The notes beneath the pieces are model-generated. The model searched no databases. It worked only from the letters and a program-made list of their open reading frames with translations, and was not told the DNA's origin. A stretch of 64,000 nt of DNA from Cyanobacteria bacterium P01_D01_bin.156 (GTDB taxonomy: Bacteria > Cyanobacteriota > Cyanobacteriia > Phormidesmidales > Phormidesmidaceae), in the NCBI GenBank assembly GCA_039024555.1, contig JBCCQQ010000007.1:26264-90263 (forward strand), read 5' to 3'. Positions 48,642-59,523 of this stretch are shown here, piece after piece (within the stretch, counting starts at the first letter, position 1; every line of letters starts with the position of its first letter). The position numbers and the translations under genes were made by a program.

Positions 48642-49448
48642 ATGACCGCACGCCTTAAGAGTTGGTTGCAAACTTATCTATTGGGAAGTTTGCTGGTTTG
48701 TTGTATTGCTTTTGGCACGGTAGCGCCTGCTGCCCACGCCTATAACAATCCGGAGCTGTTGCCAGATGAACCAACGATGGTGATTGATTTGGCAAAGATT
48801 CTGACCAATTCTCAGGAAGAGTATCTCAATGAACATTTACCTGAATTTGAGGAAGAAACGGGTTGGAAGCTGCGAGTGCTGACCCAGTTTGATCAAACGC
48901 CAGGCCGGGCTGTTAAAGATTTTTGGGGTCTAGACGATAAAAGCGTCATGCTAATCGCTGACCCTCGCGGCGGCAACATTCTGAACTTTAGTGTGGGCGA
49001 CTCAGTATATCCATTACTGCCTCGGGTGTTCTGGATTGAGTTGCAAACCCGCTTTGGGAACCAGTTTTTTGTCCGTGACAATGGGGAAGACCAGTCAATT
49101 ATGCAGTCCATTGCGTCTTTAGAAACTTGCCTGTCTCGCGGTGGTTGCTCAGTGGTGCCAGGTCTACCTCAGGAACAATGGATTTTGACCCTAATTACAT
49201 CCGTTTTAGGCGGCGTGATTTGTGGGTTTGCGGCGCATCCTCGCAAAGACGGTCAAGTCTTTTCCTGGCAGTGGATGCTGATCTTTTCTCCCTTGTGGGG
49301 CATGCTGTTCATCGCGTTTGGTATCGGCCCGGTGGTAACCCGTACGCAAGATTGGTTACCCCTGACTCGTAACATTGCTGGGTTCTTGATTGGTGCACTT
49401 GTAGCGTTTTTGAGCCCTGCATTTACTTCCGCTAGTGGTGAAGCTTAG
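48642..49448 (+). CDS. TPM-domain (TLP18.3/Psb32/MOLO-1 superfamily) membrane protein
   Basis: Signal peptide, VIDLAKILT...TGWKLRVLT...NILNFSVG...FGNQFFVRDNGED, and C-terminal TM helices. Confidence 0.85.
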   Translation: MTARLKSWLQTYLLGSLLVCCIAFGTVAPAAHAYNNPELLPDEPTMVIDLAKILTNSQEEYLNEHLPEFEEETGWKLRVLTQFDQTPGRAVKDFWGLDDKSVMLIADPRGGNILNFSVGDSVYPLLPRVFWIELQTRFGNQFFVRDNGEDQSIMQSIASLETCLSRGGCSVVPGLPQEQWILTLITSVLGGVICGFAAHPRKDGQVFSWQWMLIFSPLWGMLFIAFGIGPVVTRTQDWLPLTRNIAGFLIGALVAFLSPAFTSASGEA

Positions 49449-49506
49449 AGTCTGATTTACGGTCTGATGCTTTAGTTTCAGGTAGGAAAATTAATTAAAG
49501 ACTTTG

Positions 49507-49546
49507 AAGAGAGCAGCCTGAGAATCAATTCTCAGGCTGCTCTCTT
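49507..49546. terminator. Bidirectional terminator between the convergent TPM and DUF3352 genes
   Basis: Perfect 19-bp stem AAGAGAGCAGCCTGAGAAT-ca-ATTCTCAGGCTGCTCTCTT. Confidence 0.7.
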
Positions 49547-49592
49547 TGATCTAAATCCGTTATGAATAGCGGACTCTTCCCCTATTCAACAA

Positions 49593-51260
49593 TCACTCAC
49601 CAGTATTTTCTACTTCGTTTTGACTAACATTCCCACCAGGCAACGGTTTAACTCGTCGTCCTTTGGGCAGCTCAACAAAAATGTCGTAGCGTAGGGTGCG
49701 TTCGTTTTGAACGCTGGTGGTTACACCAATACTCTGAATCGCAGAGACAACGGGAGCATCCGGCAGGGTGGGAAAAGGTAGCATTCCCTGCAGCTCTTGC
49801 ATACGAGCAATATCTGCAAAGAAGTAGCCGCTTGTCTCCTGCGGCGAAATGTCCAACAGTGTTTGAAAACTGGGATTAGTCTGTAACGTTTGACTAGGCT
49901 GCGGTGCGATCGCATCGACCACATCTTCTCCTACACCAAAAAAGGTAATATCTTGGTCCAACCAGCCATGGCCCATGGCAATGCCACCGTAGTAAGACAC
50001 CAGCTGATTGATAGGTTGCTCGCCTGATTGAACCGATTCCACATCAAATCGAAACCGATTAGTCATTACCTCATTTAGCTCGCTCCAGGTACTTTCTGCC
50101 GCTTCGCGGTCGGTTACCTCCGCCACTAGGGCAAGCTGGCCCATGGGCATGGCAGCCGCATTCACAGCCGGTGGCCATAGCCCAAAGGTCATTTCCTCAC
50201 CCAGCCAGGGCAGAATATCATTCTCAAAATCCAATCCAGTTCGCTGTTTTAACCCCTGGGCAAGGGTATCTGGAGCAATGGGCAATAGCGCACTTACACC
50301 TTCAGCCCCTGCTAAACTTTGCCACAGAGCGCCTATATTTCCAGTGGACATCATGAGGACCGTGGACTCCGGCAACCGTTCAGGCGTCCATGCGTCACGA
50401 TTCACGATATCCCGATACACCGGCTGATCTTCAGGTCCTAACCAGCTCGCCGCTTCAATGTCGAATCCATTGGGCAGGAGGGATACTACTGCTGCGACAC
50501 CGTTAATGCCCGGTAATGTATCGCTCCCTGTAAAAACTTCCGCTGCTACGGGCGCATTGACGTAAACCTGGGCAAATCCAGAGGGCATGTCCAAGGTTTT
50601 GTTGGCGGCTACATAGGCTCCATTTTCCAGCAGGGATGGTATCGCCCCTTCAAAGCGGTCAATGACGGTTTCAACACTGTTGACACTAGCTGCCACTACC
50701 AGCCACTTATTGGCCAGTACCGTGCTTTCAAAGGTGTCACCATTAGCCGTTGTAATGCTCTGAATAGTGGCATTTTTGTAGTCTCGCCCTACCCAGGTAA
50801 CGTCATCCTTGGGTTTAGATAATAGTTCCTGGGCTTTGAGAGGGTCGGCGATGGGAATCAGCAATACGAGATCAGCCGCGCCTTCTCCCGCATCTGTCTT
50901 AGGTAAAAAGGCGACGGTTACCTGGTCTGCAATCCAAGGCTCAATATCGGTGCGATAGCGATAGCCGTGGTTGCTCAGGATGCGATCGCGCCAGGTTAAC
51001 AACCAACGATCCAGTATTTTTTGAGACTCAGCAGAGCCCATTTGACGCAAACGCGTCCACTGATTCTCATCCGTTGTCAGCGTAAGAGCCAACAGTGCAT
51101 CGCTCGGCACCAACTCCATTCCAGAGGGTAACTGCGTGGATTTAAACAGGCGCTCGTTTATTCCCAGGTAGGCGGCAGCTCCTCCCAGGATCAATAAAAC
51201 CGCAGTACCAGCGGTTAGCAGTAGGGGAGGCCGTTGTTTAAGCACCATAGGCAATTGCAA
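49593..51260 (-). CDS. DUF3352 family membrane-anchored protein
   Basis: N-terminal TM helix, ELVP.DA, Y..DI.PW, DILPWLGEE. Position next to topA matches cyanobacterial synteny as I recall it. Confidence 0.82.
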   Translation of the reverse strand: MQLPMVLKQRPPLLLTAGTAVLLILGGAAAYLGINERLFKSTQLPSGMELVPSDALLALTLTTDENQWTRLRQMGSAESQKILDRWLLTWRDRILSNHGYRYRTDIEPWIADQVTVAFLPKTDAGEGAADLVLLIPIADPLKAQELLSKPKDDVTWVGRDYKNATIQSITTANGDTFESTVLANKWLVVAASVNSVETVIDRFEGAIPSLLENGAYVAANKTLDMPSGFAQVYVNAPVAAEVFTGSDTLPGINGVAAVVSLLPNGFDIEAASWLGPEDQPVYRDIVNRDAWTPERLPESTVLMMSTGNIGALWQSLAGAEGVSALLPIAPDTLAQGLKQRTGLDFENDILPWLGEEMTFGLWPPAVNAAAMPMGQLALVAEVTDREAAESTWSELNEVMTNRFRFDVESVQSGEQPINQLVSYYGGIAMGHGWLDQDITFFGVGEDVVDAIAPQPSQTLQTNPSFQTLLDISPQETSGYFFADIARMQELQGMLPFPTLPDAPVVSAIQSIGVTTSVQNERTLRYDIFVELPKGRRVKPLPGGNVSQNEVENTGE

Positions 51261-51341
51261 GAGACCAACAACGCTTGCTAATTTACCACCGGTTTACAGA
51301 ATCTGCATGTAGGAAACCGTCATCCTTAATTTTGATGTTTC

Positions 51342-54107
51342 TTACTCAGCGTCGCTGCCTGTTTTGGTATCTGTTTTCTTTGTGCTAGTGGACTTTTTAG
51401 CCCGAGTTGTAGACTTTTGAGCCGCAGTTGACCCCGTCTTTTTAGTTGTGCTAGCCCGCTTGGTCGTGGATTTCTTCGCAGTCGTCTTTTTGGCTGTAGA
51501 CTTTTTCGTTGTGGATTTCTTAGTAGTGGACTTTTTACGGGTAGTTTTCTTGGTTGCCGCCTTTGCCGCAATGATTTCTAATGCCTCTTCCAGGGTGATG
51601 TCCTCTACTTTTTTACCCTCAGGTAAAGAAGCATTCACCTTCTCGTACTTGATATAAGGACCATAGGGGCCATCGTAAATGTTGATGGGTTCTTCTGAGT
51701 CAGGATGCTTACCCAGTTCCCGCAAAGGCTTAGCCGCTTTACGCCCACGTCCGCGCTTGGGCTGAGCCAGTAGTTCCAGGGCTCGCTCCAGAGTGACCGT
51801 CAGCACATCATCGTCCCCTTTGAGGGAGCGATAGTCTTTACCTTCCTTGCCCTGGTCATGGACGACGTAGGGGCCAAATCGACCCAGACTGGCCTTGATC
51901 TTTGCCTCTGTCTCAGGGTGTAAGCCCAGTAAGCGAGGTAGCGACAGTAGGCCCACGGCCATTTCCAAATCCACAGATTCACGGGTCACACCCTTGGGTA
52001 GCGATACCTGCTTAGGCTTAGGATTTTCTTCAGTTTTGTCTCCCAGACGTACATAGGGTCCATAGGGACCGATCAAGGCATAAATCGGGTCCCCCGTCTC
52101 CGGGTGTAGACCCAGCTTCTCCGGTCCTTCTGTTTTTTGCTTAAGCAGCACCTGCACCTGATCATCACTAAGATCGGCAGGGCTGACATCTAGGGGAATG
52201 GATGCCCGTACGGTTTCAGCTTCTTCCCCTTCATCTTCGCTCAACGCCTCAATGTAGGGACCGTACTTACCAATACGGACCTTGGCACTCAGGTCAGACA
52301 GGTCCACGGTGCGGGCTTCTGCCGGATCAATCTGACTTTCTCTCGCTTCTACTTGACCAGAAAGTCCTGCATCGCCAGAATAAAAATCCTTCAAGTACGG
52401 TAGCCAATCGGCTTCCCCAGTAGAAATTTCGTCCAGGGTACGCTCCATACGAGCCGTAAACTTCACATCCACCAAATCTGGAAAATGTTTGTCCAGCAGA
52501 TCGGTTACAGCAAATGCTGTGAAGGTGGGCATCAAGCTGTTGTTGAGCGGATGCACATACCCTCGGTCAATGATGGTTCCAATGACCGAAGCATAGGTAC
52601 TGGGGCGACCAATGCCTTCTTTTTCAAGGGTTTTTACCAACGTAGCCTCGGTATACCTAGCCGGGGGTTTAGTTTCGTGCCCAATGGGTTCTAGCTCTGT
52701 GCAATTGGGAGCATCGCCCACTTTCAGGGGCGGCAGGGTGACTTCCCGATCTTCTAGAGCAGCATTAGGGTCATCAGAACCTTCGACATAGGCCCGGAAA
52801 AAGCCTGGAAAATCGATACGCTTACCGGTGGCTTTGAAGATTGCATCGTCCACTTCAATGGAAACCGTAATGTGGGTTTGGCGAGCATTGGCCATTTGAC
52901 AGGCTACGGTCCGCTTCCAAATGAGGTCGTAGAGGCTGCGCTCGCGATCCTTAAGCCCGGTTTCCTGGGGTGTTCGAAAAGTGCTCCCCGCTGGACGAAT
53001 CGCTTCATGGGCTTCCTGAGCGCCTTTGCTTTTAGTGGCGTACTGGCGTGGTTTGGGACTCAGATATTCCTTGCCGTACTTTTGCTCAACACAGGTGCGA
53101 GCCGCGTTGATGGCCTGTTGAGACAGATTTACCGAATCCGTACGCATGTAAGTTATGAAGCCCTTTTCATAGAGAGATTGGGCGGTGCGCATGGTATCGC
53201 GGGCCGAAAGCCTGAGCTTACGATTGGCCTCTTGTTGCAATGTGGATGTGGTGAACGGCGGTGCGGGCTTCGGACTAGAGGGACGTTCCTCCAAATTAGA
53301 AACAGTCCAAACGCTAGCTTCTAGACGTTGCTTTAGAGCTTGGGCCTGATTTTCATCCAGCAGTACCACGTTGCGTCCAGCGATGATTTGCCCTGTATTT
53401 TCATCAAAGTCGCTACCGGTGGCTATGCGAGTGCCACCTAGGCTAACCAGCTTGGCTTCAAACGGATTTTTAGCCTGCTCAAGGGTGGCCTTTAAATCCC
53501 AGTAGGTGCCTTGCTTAAAGGCCCGACGATCCCGCTCCCGTTCTACCAGAAGCTTTACGGCCACCGACTGTACCCGGCCAGCAGATAGCCCCCAAGCAAT
53601 TTTTTTCCAGAGCAGTGGTGATAGAGTGTATCCCACTAAACGATCCAAAATCCGCCGAGTTTCCTGAGCCCTCACTAGCTGACCATCAATGTCACGACAG
53701 CTGTCAAGGGCCGCTTGAATAGCATCCTCAGTAATCTCATGGAACACCATGCGCTTGGTGGGCACCTTGGGCTTAAGCAGCTGTAGTAGATGCCAGCTGA
53801 TGCTTTCCCCTTCGCGGTCTTCATCCGTCGCGAGGACAAGCTCATCAGCTTCTTTTAAGGCGTCCTTGAGAGCTTTGACGACCTTCTTTTTGTCCTTGGG
53901 CACCAGGTATAGCGGTTCAAAATCCGCGTCCACATTCACACCTAGCTGAGCCCATTTTTCTCCCTTGACACTGGCAGGAATTTCACTTGCCGATTTGGGC
54001 AAATCGCGCACATGCCCCATGGACGCTTCCACACGGTAGCCCCTGGGTAGGTAGTTGCGAATTGTTTTTGCCTTTGTGGGTGACTCGACAATAACAAGGG
54101 TGGACAT
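51342..54107 (-). CDS. topA: DNA topoisomerase I (type IA)
   Basis: [37 protein letters not shown] (catalytic Tyr), [18 protein letters not shown], Topo_C repeats (GRFGPYV) and a Lys-rich tail. Confidence 0.98.
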   Translation of the reverse strand: MSTLVIVESPTKAKTIRNYLPRGYRVEASMGHVRDLPKSASEIPASVKGEKWAQLGVNVDADFEPLYLVPKDKKKVVKALKDALKEADELVLATDEDREGESISWHLLQLLKPKVPTKRMVFHEITEDAIQAALDSCRDIDGQLVRAQETRRILDRLVGYTLSPLLWKKIAWGLSAGRVQSVAVKLLVERERDRRAFKQGTYWDLKATLEQAKNPFEAKLVSLGGTRIATGSDFDENTGQIIAGRNVVLLDENQAQALKQRLEASVWTVSNLEERPSSPKPAPPFTTSTLQQEANRKLRLSARDTMRTAQSLYEKGFITYMRTDSVNLSQQAINAARTCVEQKYGKEYLSPKPRQYATKSKGAQEAHEAIRPAGSTFRTPQETGLKDRERSLYDLIWKRTVACQMANARQTHITVSIEVDDAIFKATGKRIDFPGFFRAYVEGSDDPNAALEDREVTLPPLKVGDAPNCTELEPIGHETKPPARYTEATLVKTLEKEGIGRPSTYASVIGTIIDRGYVHPLNNSLMPTFTAFAVTDLLDKHFPDLVDVKFTARMERTLDEISTGEADWLPYLKDFYSGDAGLSGQVEARESQIDPAEARTVDLSDLSAKVRIGKYGPYIEALSEDEGEEAETVRASIPLDVSPADLSDDQVQVLLKQKTEGPEKLGLHPETGDPIYALIGPYGPYVRLGDKTEENPKPKQVSLPKGVTRESVDLEMAVGLLSLPRLLGLHPETEAKIKASLGRFGPYVVHDQGKEGKDYRSLKGDDDVLTVTLERALELLAQPKRGRGRKAAKPLRELGKHPDSEEPINIYDGPYGPYIKYEKVNASLPEGKKVEDITLEEALEIIAAKAATKKTTRKKSTTKKSTTKKSTAKKTTAKKSTTKRASTTKKTGSTAAQKSTTRAKKSTSTKKTDTKTGSDAE

Positions 54108-54668
54108 ACAGCGAACTTAGAATAATGGTCGAACGGGTGCAGTGGCTCTAGCAGATTTTCTATTTGGCTTGGCAAACAGTCACTAAGCTAGGGGGGTGAG
54201 CTAATAAAACGACGCTAGCGTTTTATCAATAGCAATAATGCCCGAGGGGGACGATAACGATGACAGTTTTCATTGGCTAACTATACACAACCATTGCATG
54301 TAGCTCAGAACTTATCAGAGGTGTATGCAATAGGTTGAGTGCTGAAAGCCGTACCTGCAACATTTGAAGTCCATGTGATGGGCACTTCTATATATCGATA
54401 GATCGAAATGGCAAATTTCGTCCACCTTTAATCAGATTTAGTTCAGAAAAGTCAGCAGATGGCGGATGGCGGAACCTTGGTAGAAATTTAGTTACTAAAA
54501 CCTTTCAGGGCCTAGTTTTTAAGCACATAGACATCATTTTCATTACTTTTTTTGGATAGGACAGCTCCCTGAAAGAATTTAATCTGATTCAAGAATTTCC
54601 CTAGGGATGCTTCAGATGAGCGAGAATACTAGGGTAAGATGCCAAATGGATATTTAACCACTGCACCC

Positions 54669-56240
54669 ATGGACGTTGCCAGTCTTGCTGCTCAGCTGAA
54701 TACGGGCATGATTTTGCCCGAAGCTATTGTCATTCTGACAATTTTAATAATTTTAGTAGGCGATTTAATCCAAGGCCGCGCCTCATCAAGTTGGGTTCCC
54801 TATGTTGCCATTGGTGGCTGTTTAGCCGCTGTGGGAGCCCTGGCACTGCAGTGGGATACGAGCAATCCGATCTCCTTTTTTGGAGAATTTAACGGAGATG
54901 CTTTGAGCATTGTTTTTCGTGGCATTATTGTGCTGTCTGCAGCGGTTACGGTGCCGATGTCGATTCGCTACGTGGAGCAGTCGGGTACGGCATTAGCAGA
55001 GTTTTTAAGTATTTTGCTAACGGCCACTCTAGGGGGCATGTTTCTAGCTGGCGCTGATGAGCTAGTAACTATCTTTGTATCCCTAGAGACGTTGAGTATT
55101 TCTTCATATTTGCTGACTGGCTACATGAAGCGTGATCCCCGCTCGAATGAGGCTGCACTTAAGTATTTGCTGATTGGGGCAGCTAGTTCAGCTATTTTTT
55201 TGTATGGGGTGTCGCTACTGTATGGGCTTTCCGGTGGTGAAACAAGACTTGGTGCGATCGCACAGTCACTGGCCAGTCAGGCAACGACCAGCGATAGTTC
55301 CATTGGCTTGGTAATAGCCCTAGTGTTTGTAATTGCAGGAATTGCCTTTAAGGTCGCGGCTGTGCCCTTCCACCAGTGGACACCCGACGTTTATGAAGGG
55401 TCTCCTACACCAGTGGTTGCCTTTTTGTCAGTGGGTTCCAAGGCAGCTGGTTTTGCCCTAGCCATTCGCCTGTTAGTGAGCACCTTCCCTCTCGTTGCCG
55501 ACGAGTGGCGGTTTGTATTTACGGCTCTGGCTATTCTCAGTATGGTGCTGGGGAATGTGGTGGCCTTGGCTCAAACCAGCATGAAGCGTATGTTGGCCTA
55601 CTCATCTATTGGTCAAGCAGGCTTTATGATGATTGGCCTGGTAATTGGCACCGACGCAGGCTACGCCAGCATGATTTTCTATTTGATGGTGTACCTGTTT
55701 ATGAACTTGGGCGGTTTCACCTGTGTGATTCTCTTCTCCCTACGCACCGGTACAGACCAGATTAGTGAGTATGCCGGTCTATACCAGAAAGATCCACTAT
55801 TAACCCTTTGTTTGTGTTTGTGTCTACTGTCCCTAGGTGGAATTCCACCACTGGCAGGCTTCTTTGGTAAGCTCTACATTTTCTGGGCTGGCTGGCAAGC
55901 GGGTGCTTATAATCTGGTGTTAATTGGTTTAATTACCAGCGTTATCTCCATTTACTACTACATCCGTGTAGTCAAAATGATGGTGGTAAAAGAGCCCCAG
56001 GAAATGTCTGAGTCTATCAAGAACTATCCTGCTCCTGAATGGACTCTACCTGGGATGAGGCCTTTACAGGTAAGTTTAATTGTGGCCGTTATTGCAACCT
56101 CACTGGCAGGAGTATTGTCAAATCCACTCTTTACCCTAGCGAACGATTCTGTGACTAAAACCCCCTTGCTTCAAGCAGCTCAGGATACCTCTAGTACTGT
56201 GGCAACGACGCTCCGGATAAACACCGATCAATCCTTCTAG
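54669..56240 (+). CDS. ndhB: NAD(P)H-quinone oxidoreductase subunit 2 (NDH-1)
   Basis: LAAQLN...[75 protein letters not shown] 54669 preferred over 54639. Confidence 0.97.
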   Translation: MDVASLAAQLNTGMILPEAIVILTILIILVGDLIQGRASSSWVPYVAIGGCLAAVGALALQWDTSNPISFFGEFNGDALSIVFRGIIVLSAAVTVPMSIRYVEQSGTALAEFLSILLTATLGGMFLAGADELVTIFVSLETLSISSYLLTGYMKRDPRSNEAALKYLLIGAASSAIFLYGVSLLYGLSGGETRLGAIAQSLASQATTSDSSIGLVIALVFVIAGIAFKVAAVPFHQWTPDVYEGSPTPVVAFLSVGSKAAGFALAIRLLVSTFPLVADEWRFVFTALAILSMVLGNVVALAQTSMKRMLAYSSIGQAGFMMIGLVIGTDAGYASMIFYLMVYLFMNLGGFTCVILFSLRTGTDQISEYAGLYQKDPLLTLCLCLCLLSLGGIPPLAGFFGKLYIFWAGWQAGAYNLVLIGLITSVISIYYYIRVVKMMVVKEPQEMSESIKNYPAPEWTLPGMRPLQVSLIVAVIATSLAGVLSNPLFTLANDSVTKTPLLQAAQDTSSTVATTLRINTDQSF

Positions 56241-56254
56241 ATTGATCGGTGTTT
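56219..56254. terminator. Terminator hairpin overlapping the ndhB stop
   Basis: Perfect 15-bp stem AAACACCGATCAATC-cttcta-GATTGATCGGTGTTT followed by T. Confidence 0.7.
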
Positions 56255-56338
56255 TACCTACGCCAAAGCTATCGGTTTAAGTCCAGCTATCGGTAAGAGC
56301 GACTAGCTCTCTAACAGCCTTCTGGGTTTGCATTGGCA

Positions 56339-59128
56339 CTAACCCAGAAGACTGTTTGTTTGAGCCATGGGAAACATCACGGAGCTGCGAATGCGATTAT
56401 CATCCAGCTTCTCCAAAATAAATTCTCCCCCTAGGCGATTCATTAACGAGCGACAAATTGTCAGGTTGAGTCCCGGTGGTCTATCTAAGGGAGAATCCGC
56501 TAAATAATCATGGCGATTTCCCTGGGCAAGCGCATCGATCAAGGTATCTTCCACATGGCCATCATCCGTAATCGATAGCTCAATCCACTGATTTTCTAAA
56601 GGACGGCTCCAAACATCCACACGTCCTTGGGCAGGGGAGCGGCGGCAGGCGGCTGAAATCAATTCGTACAGAATAAACTCGATTTTTTGCATTTCTCCCT
56701 GTAGTGCCAGATTGCTATCGCAGTGCACTTGGGTCCACAGCTGCTTTTTTTGTACCTGGTTTTGGACCCGCTTCATTAAGCGGTTAAGCAGAGCAACTAA
56801 AGGCACTTTTCTCGGATCGGACGCCATCGCCCACCTTTCTTGCCCCGTCAGCTGCAGCATGACTTTTTCCATATTTGCCAGACGACTTTCCACGGCATGG
56901 AAGTAGGGCTGATCTCCCAGGCTGGGCTGCTGTTTAAGGTTATTTAGCTGACGCCGAGACTCTCGTACCTGGCGTCGAATATCGTCCATGTGATGGTGTT
57001 TATACCAATTCAGCTCGGTTAGCTGACTTTTTTGATCCTGTAAACGGCTGGTTAGCAGTAGATGACGACGACACCAAGCGAGCTGATGGACTAGCACAGC
57101 TAGCATGCTCATTTGTTGATCAGAAAATCGTCGATCAGCACGATCAGCCAGCAAAACGGCTCCATTGAGGGTGTGCTCTGGTGCTGTTCTCAGAGCTACA
57201 ACCAGTAGCTGGGCCTGAGAAGGACAGCGCAGCCACTGCCGAGTAACATCCGGTAGATCTTCAAACTCTAGCTGAATTACCCCATCGGTTTGAATAGCCC
57301 AGTTAATGATGGCATCACTACCCACCAAGATAGGGGGCTCATTCTTAGCAAAAAACTGGTTATCACGAATTACCGAAGCTGCTAAACGGGCTTCCTCTTG
57401 ACCATTTTCCCAGGTAATCAGTGTGGCTAAGGGCAGTCGTAACAGCTGGCTAATGTGGTGAATAGCAGCCTGTTCTAACTGAGTCACATCAAACGTACGC
57501 TGAAGATTACGCAATCCCCATTGCATGGTGTCGTTCATTTGGGACTGCTGCTGCGCTTGCCTTTGAAGAAACCACTGATGTAGAACCAACCCAATTTGAC
57601 GGCCTACTGACTGTAGTAGCGACTGTTCGTCGTGGTTCCAACGTCGGGTATTGGTGTCGGTAACAACCAATATGCCTTCTGGTGACTGACCTGGCGATAG
57701 GTTGCACACCATGGTTGCCTGCATGCCCATCTGCAAAAACTGAGGCCGCCATGCCCGCAGTTTGAGATCGTCATCTAAGTTTTCAATACAAATAGGAGCT
57801 GTTTGCCGAGTCAGCAACTGCCAATCGACGTCATGAAGCGAGCGCCAGGTGTCCTGGGTAGGTTTACTTTGATGGCTATGGTGCTGATAGCCCACTTCAA
57901 AACCGCTACATTCGATATCTGGCACAAGCACCAATAACCCATCAATCTCGAGGGTGGCAATCAGTTGTTCTGCACAGCGAGCCATGACTGACTGCCAATC
58001 GCGAGCACCATAGATACTCTGGGCAATGCCAGCCGATAGCTGATGATTCGCTTCTAAATCTGCGACCCGCTCCTGTAGAGCCGACATGGGCATCCCCAAA
58101 CTGACCACTTTCGCTGCGGCCGTCAGATAGCCTTTTTCAGGCAGACTCCATTCTCGTGGTTGACTAGCTTCTACTAATAAAAAACCCAGTAGCTCACTCT
58201 GCATCAATATTGGAGCAACCATCAAGGACGGTTTATCAAAGCCCGATTTTAAGGGTTCAATAATGGCTTCTGTGTGGGAGTAAGAATCCTTACCAATGAC
58301 AATGACATCACCACAGGACAAGGCTTGATAGACTTCCTGGTAGCCACTGGCTGATATCTGACTGAGAACAGAGGACTGAGTGGCATAAGCATGGCGATTG
58401 TGGCCGCCGTTGACCACCCGATGCCAAAAGTATCGTTCCTGGGGTTCAAACCAGTATCCATGGGTGCGGCTCGCCCCAATAAATCTGTTGGTAGCGTCTA
58501 CGATTGCTTGCAGACGTGGTTCGAGTTCTTGAATTGCTTCAAGTCGAGTTAATAGCTGGAAAAATGGTTGGGAGGGACGCTTTTCTAGCTGTAGATCGAT
58601 ATTTTGCCGATGACGATACAGAATTGCTGACAGAGTAGTGAACAAGATAGCAAACGTTTTTTTGTTCACCCCGGATTTTAAGGAGGCTCCGCGACGGTTA
58701 GTCCCCAGCAGAACAATGCCTAGGCATTCTTGTTGACGCAGGATCGGAAAAACTAGAGCATCGTGTAATCCTAGACGTTTGGCAATGGATTTCCATTCAC
58801 CGGCACGGTAGGATTCTTGCAAATCGTAAACAGCGGCAGGTGCGCCCCGCTCAATTACCTGCTGAATTGCATCGTCAGGCTGAACCTGAATTTTTTGCCA
58901 TAGAAAATTCTTGTCACTGGCTGATTTGGCCAACAGGGTAGACAAGCTTTGGTCTTCTGCCTCGTATAAACCGATCCAGGTCAGCTCATGGGGGAACAGC
59001 TGATGCATATAGCTGACCATTTCCTGCAGTTGGTCATCGATGTTGTCCTGCTCCCAAACGTTCTTGAGAACCTGGCCGAGGGTCGCCAGATGTTGTTCAC
59101 ACGTTGATGGGGGGACAGGACTGACCAT
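56339..59128 (-). CDS. Multi-GAF protein with a degenerate histidine-kinase-like C-terminus
   Basis: About 4 GAF-like units (LVFPIL...LGIVL, LMVAPIL...LLGFL...REW, GILVV...RRW). HATPase-like end LYELISAA...LSITDDG...PPGLNLTIC. Confidence 0.82.
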   Translation of the reverse strand: MVSPVPPSTCEQHLATLGQVLKNVWEQDNIDDQLQEMVSYMHQLFPHELTWIGLYEAEDQSLSTLLAKSASDKNFLWQKIQVQPDDAIQQVIERGAPAAVYDLQESYRAGEWKSIAKRLGLHDALVFPILRQQECLGIVLLGTNRRGASLKSGVNKKTFAILFTTLSAILYRHRQNIDLQLEKRPSQPFFQLLTRLEAIQELEPRLQAIVDATNRFIGASRTHGYWFEPQERYFWHRVVNGGHNRHAYATQSSVLSQISASGYQEVYQALSCGDVIVIGKDSYSHTEAIIEPLKSGFDKPSLMVAPILMQSELLGFLLVEASQPREWSLPEKGYLTAAAKVVSLGMPMSALQERVADLEANHQLSAGIAQSIYGARDWQSVMARCAEQLIATLEIDGLLVLVPDIECSGFEVGYQHHSHQSKPTQDTWRSLHDVDWQLLTRQTAPICIENLDDDLKLRAWRPQFLQMGMQATMVCNLSPGQSPEGILVVTDTNTRRWNHDEQSLLQSVGRQIGLVLHQWFLQRQAQQQSQMNDTMQWGLRNLQRTFDVTQLEQAAIHHISQLLRLPLATLITWENGQEEARLAASVIRDNQFFAKNEPPILVGSDAIINWAIQTDGVIQLEFEDLPDVTRQWLRCPSQAQLLVVALRTAPEHTLNGAVLLADRADRRFSDQQMSMLAVLVHQLAWCRRHLLLTSRLQDQKSQLTELNWYKHHHMDDIRRQVRESRRQLNNLKQQPSLGDQPYFHAVESRLANMEKVMLQLTGQERWAMASDPRKVPLVALLNRLMKRVQNQVQKKQLWTQVHCDSNLALQGEMQKIEFILYELISAACRRSPAQGRVDVWSRPLENQWIELSITDDGHVEDTLIDALAQGNRHDYLADSPLDRPPGLNLTICRSLMNRLGGEFILEKLDDNRIRSSVMFPMAQTNSLLG

Positions 59129-59523
59129 AAAAATTCAGGAATCTTAAATCAGGCCAATGCCTGGATAAGCAATCAAAACATAGATTAGGCTAGCCTAGCT
59201 CATGGGATGATGCCAGTCGTACTACCTTTTTGAGATATAACATGGCAAATGTGGGAGTATGCCCAAAATAGGCTTAAAGCAACCTTTGTAAAATCAGGAA
59301 GCGTTCGCTTTAGCTTTGCAAGTTTGCCAAACATGTCTCTGTGGCTAAAAAGATAAGCTTTCAAGCAACTCTAATGTTTATTAATGAGCAGCTACAGGAT
59401 TATCGTTGATAAGCTATGGGTCCCATAATTTATAGCAGTAATTGTCCTAACTAGTTGATATCACCTAACCAAATCGGTGAAGGGGCAGCTGCTTACCATT
59501 GAGCGATATAATCCACAGGGCCA

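Noticed and set aside
48642-49448. Naming the TPM protein psb32
   Set aside because: Cyanobacteria have several TPM paralogues, and orthology cannot be set without a search.
51326-51657. Basic or hydrophobic small ORFs (51326..51571 minus, 51448..51657 plus)
   Set aside because: They are alternative frames of the TopA Lys-repeat tail.
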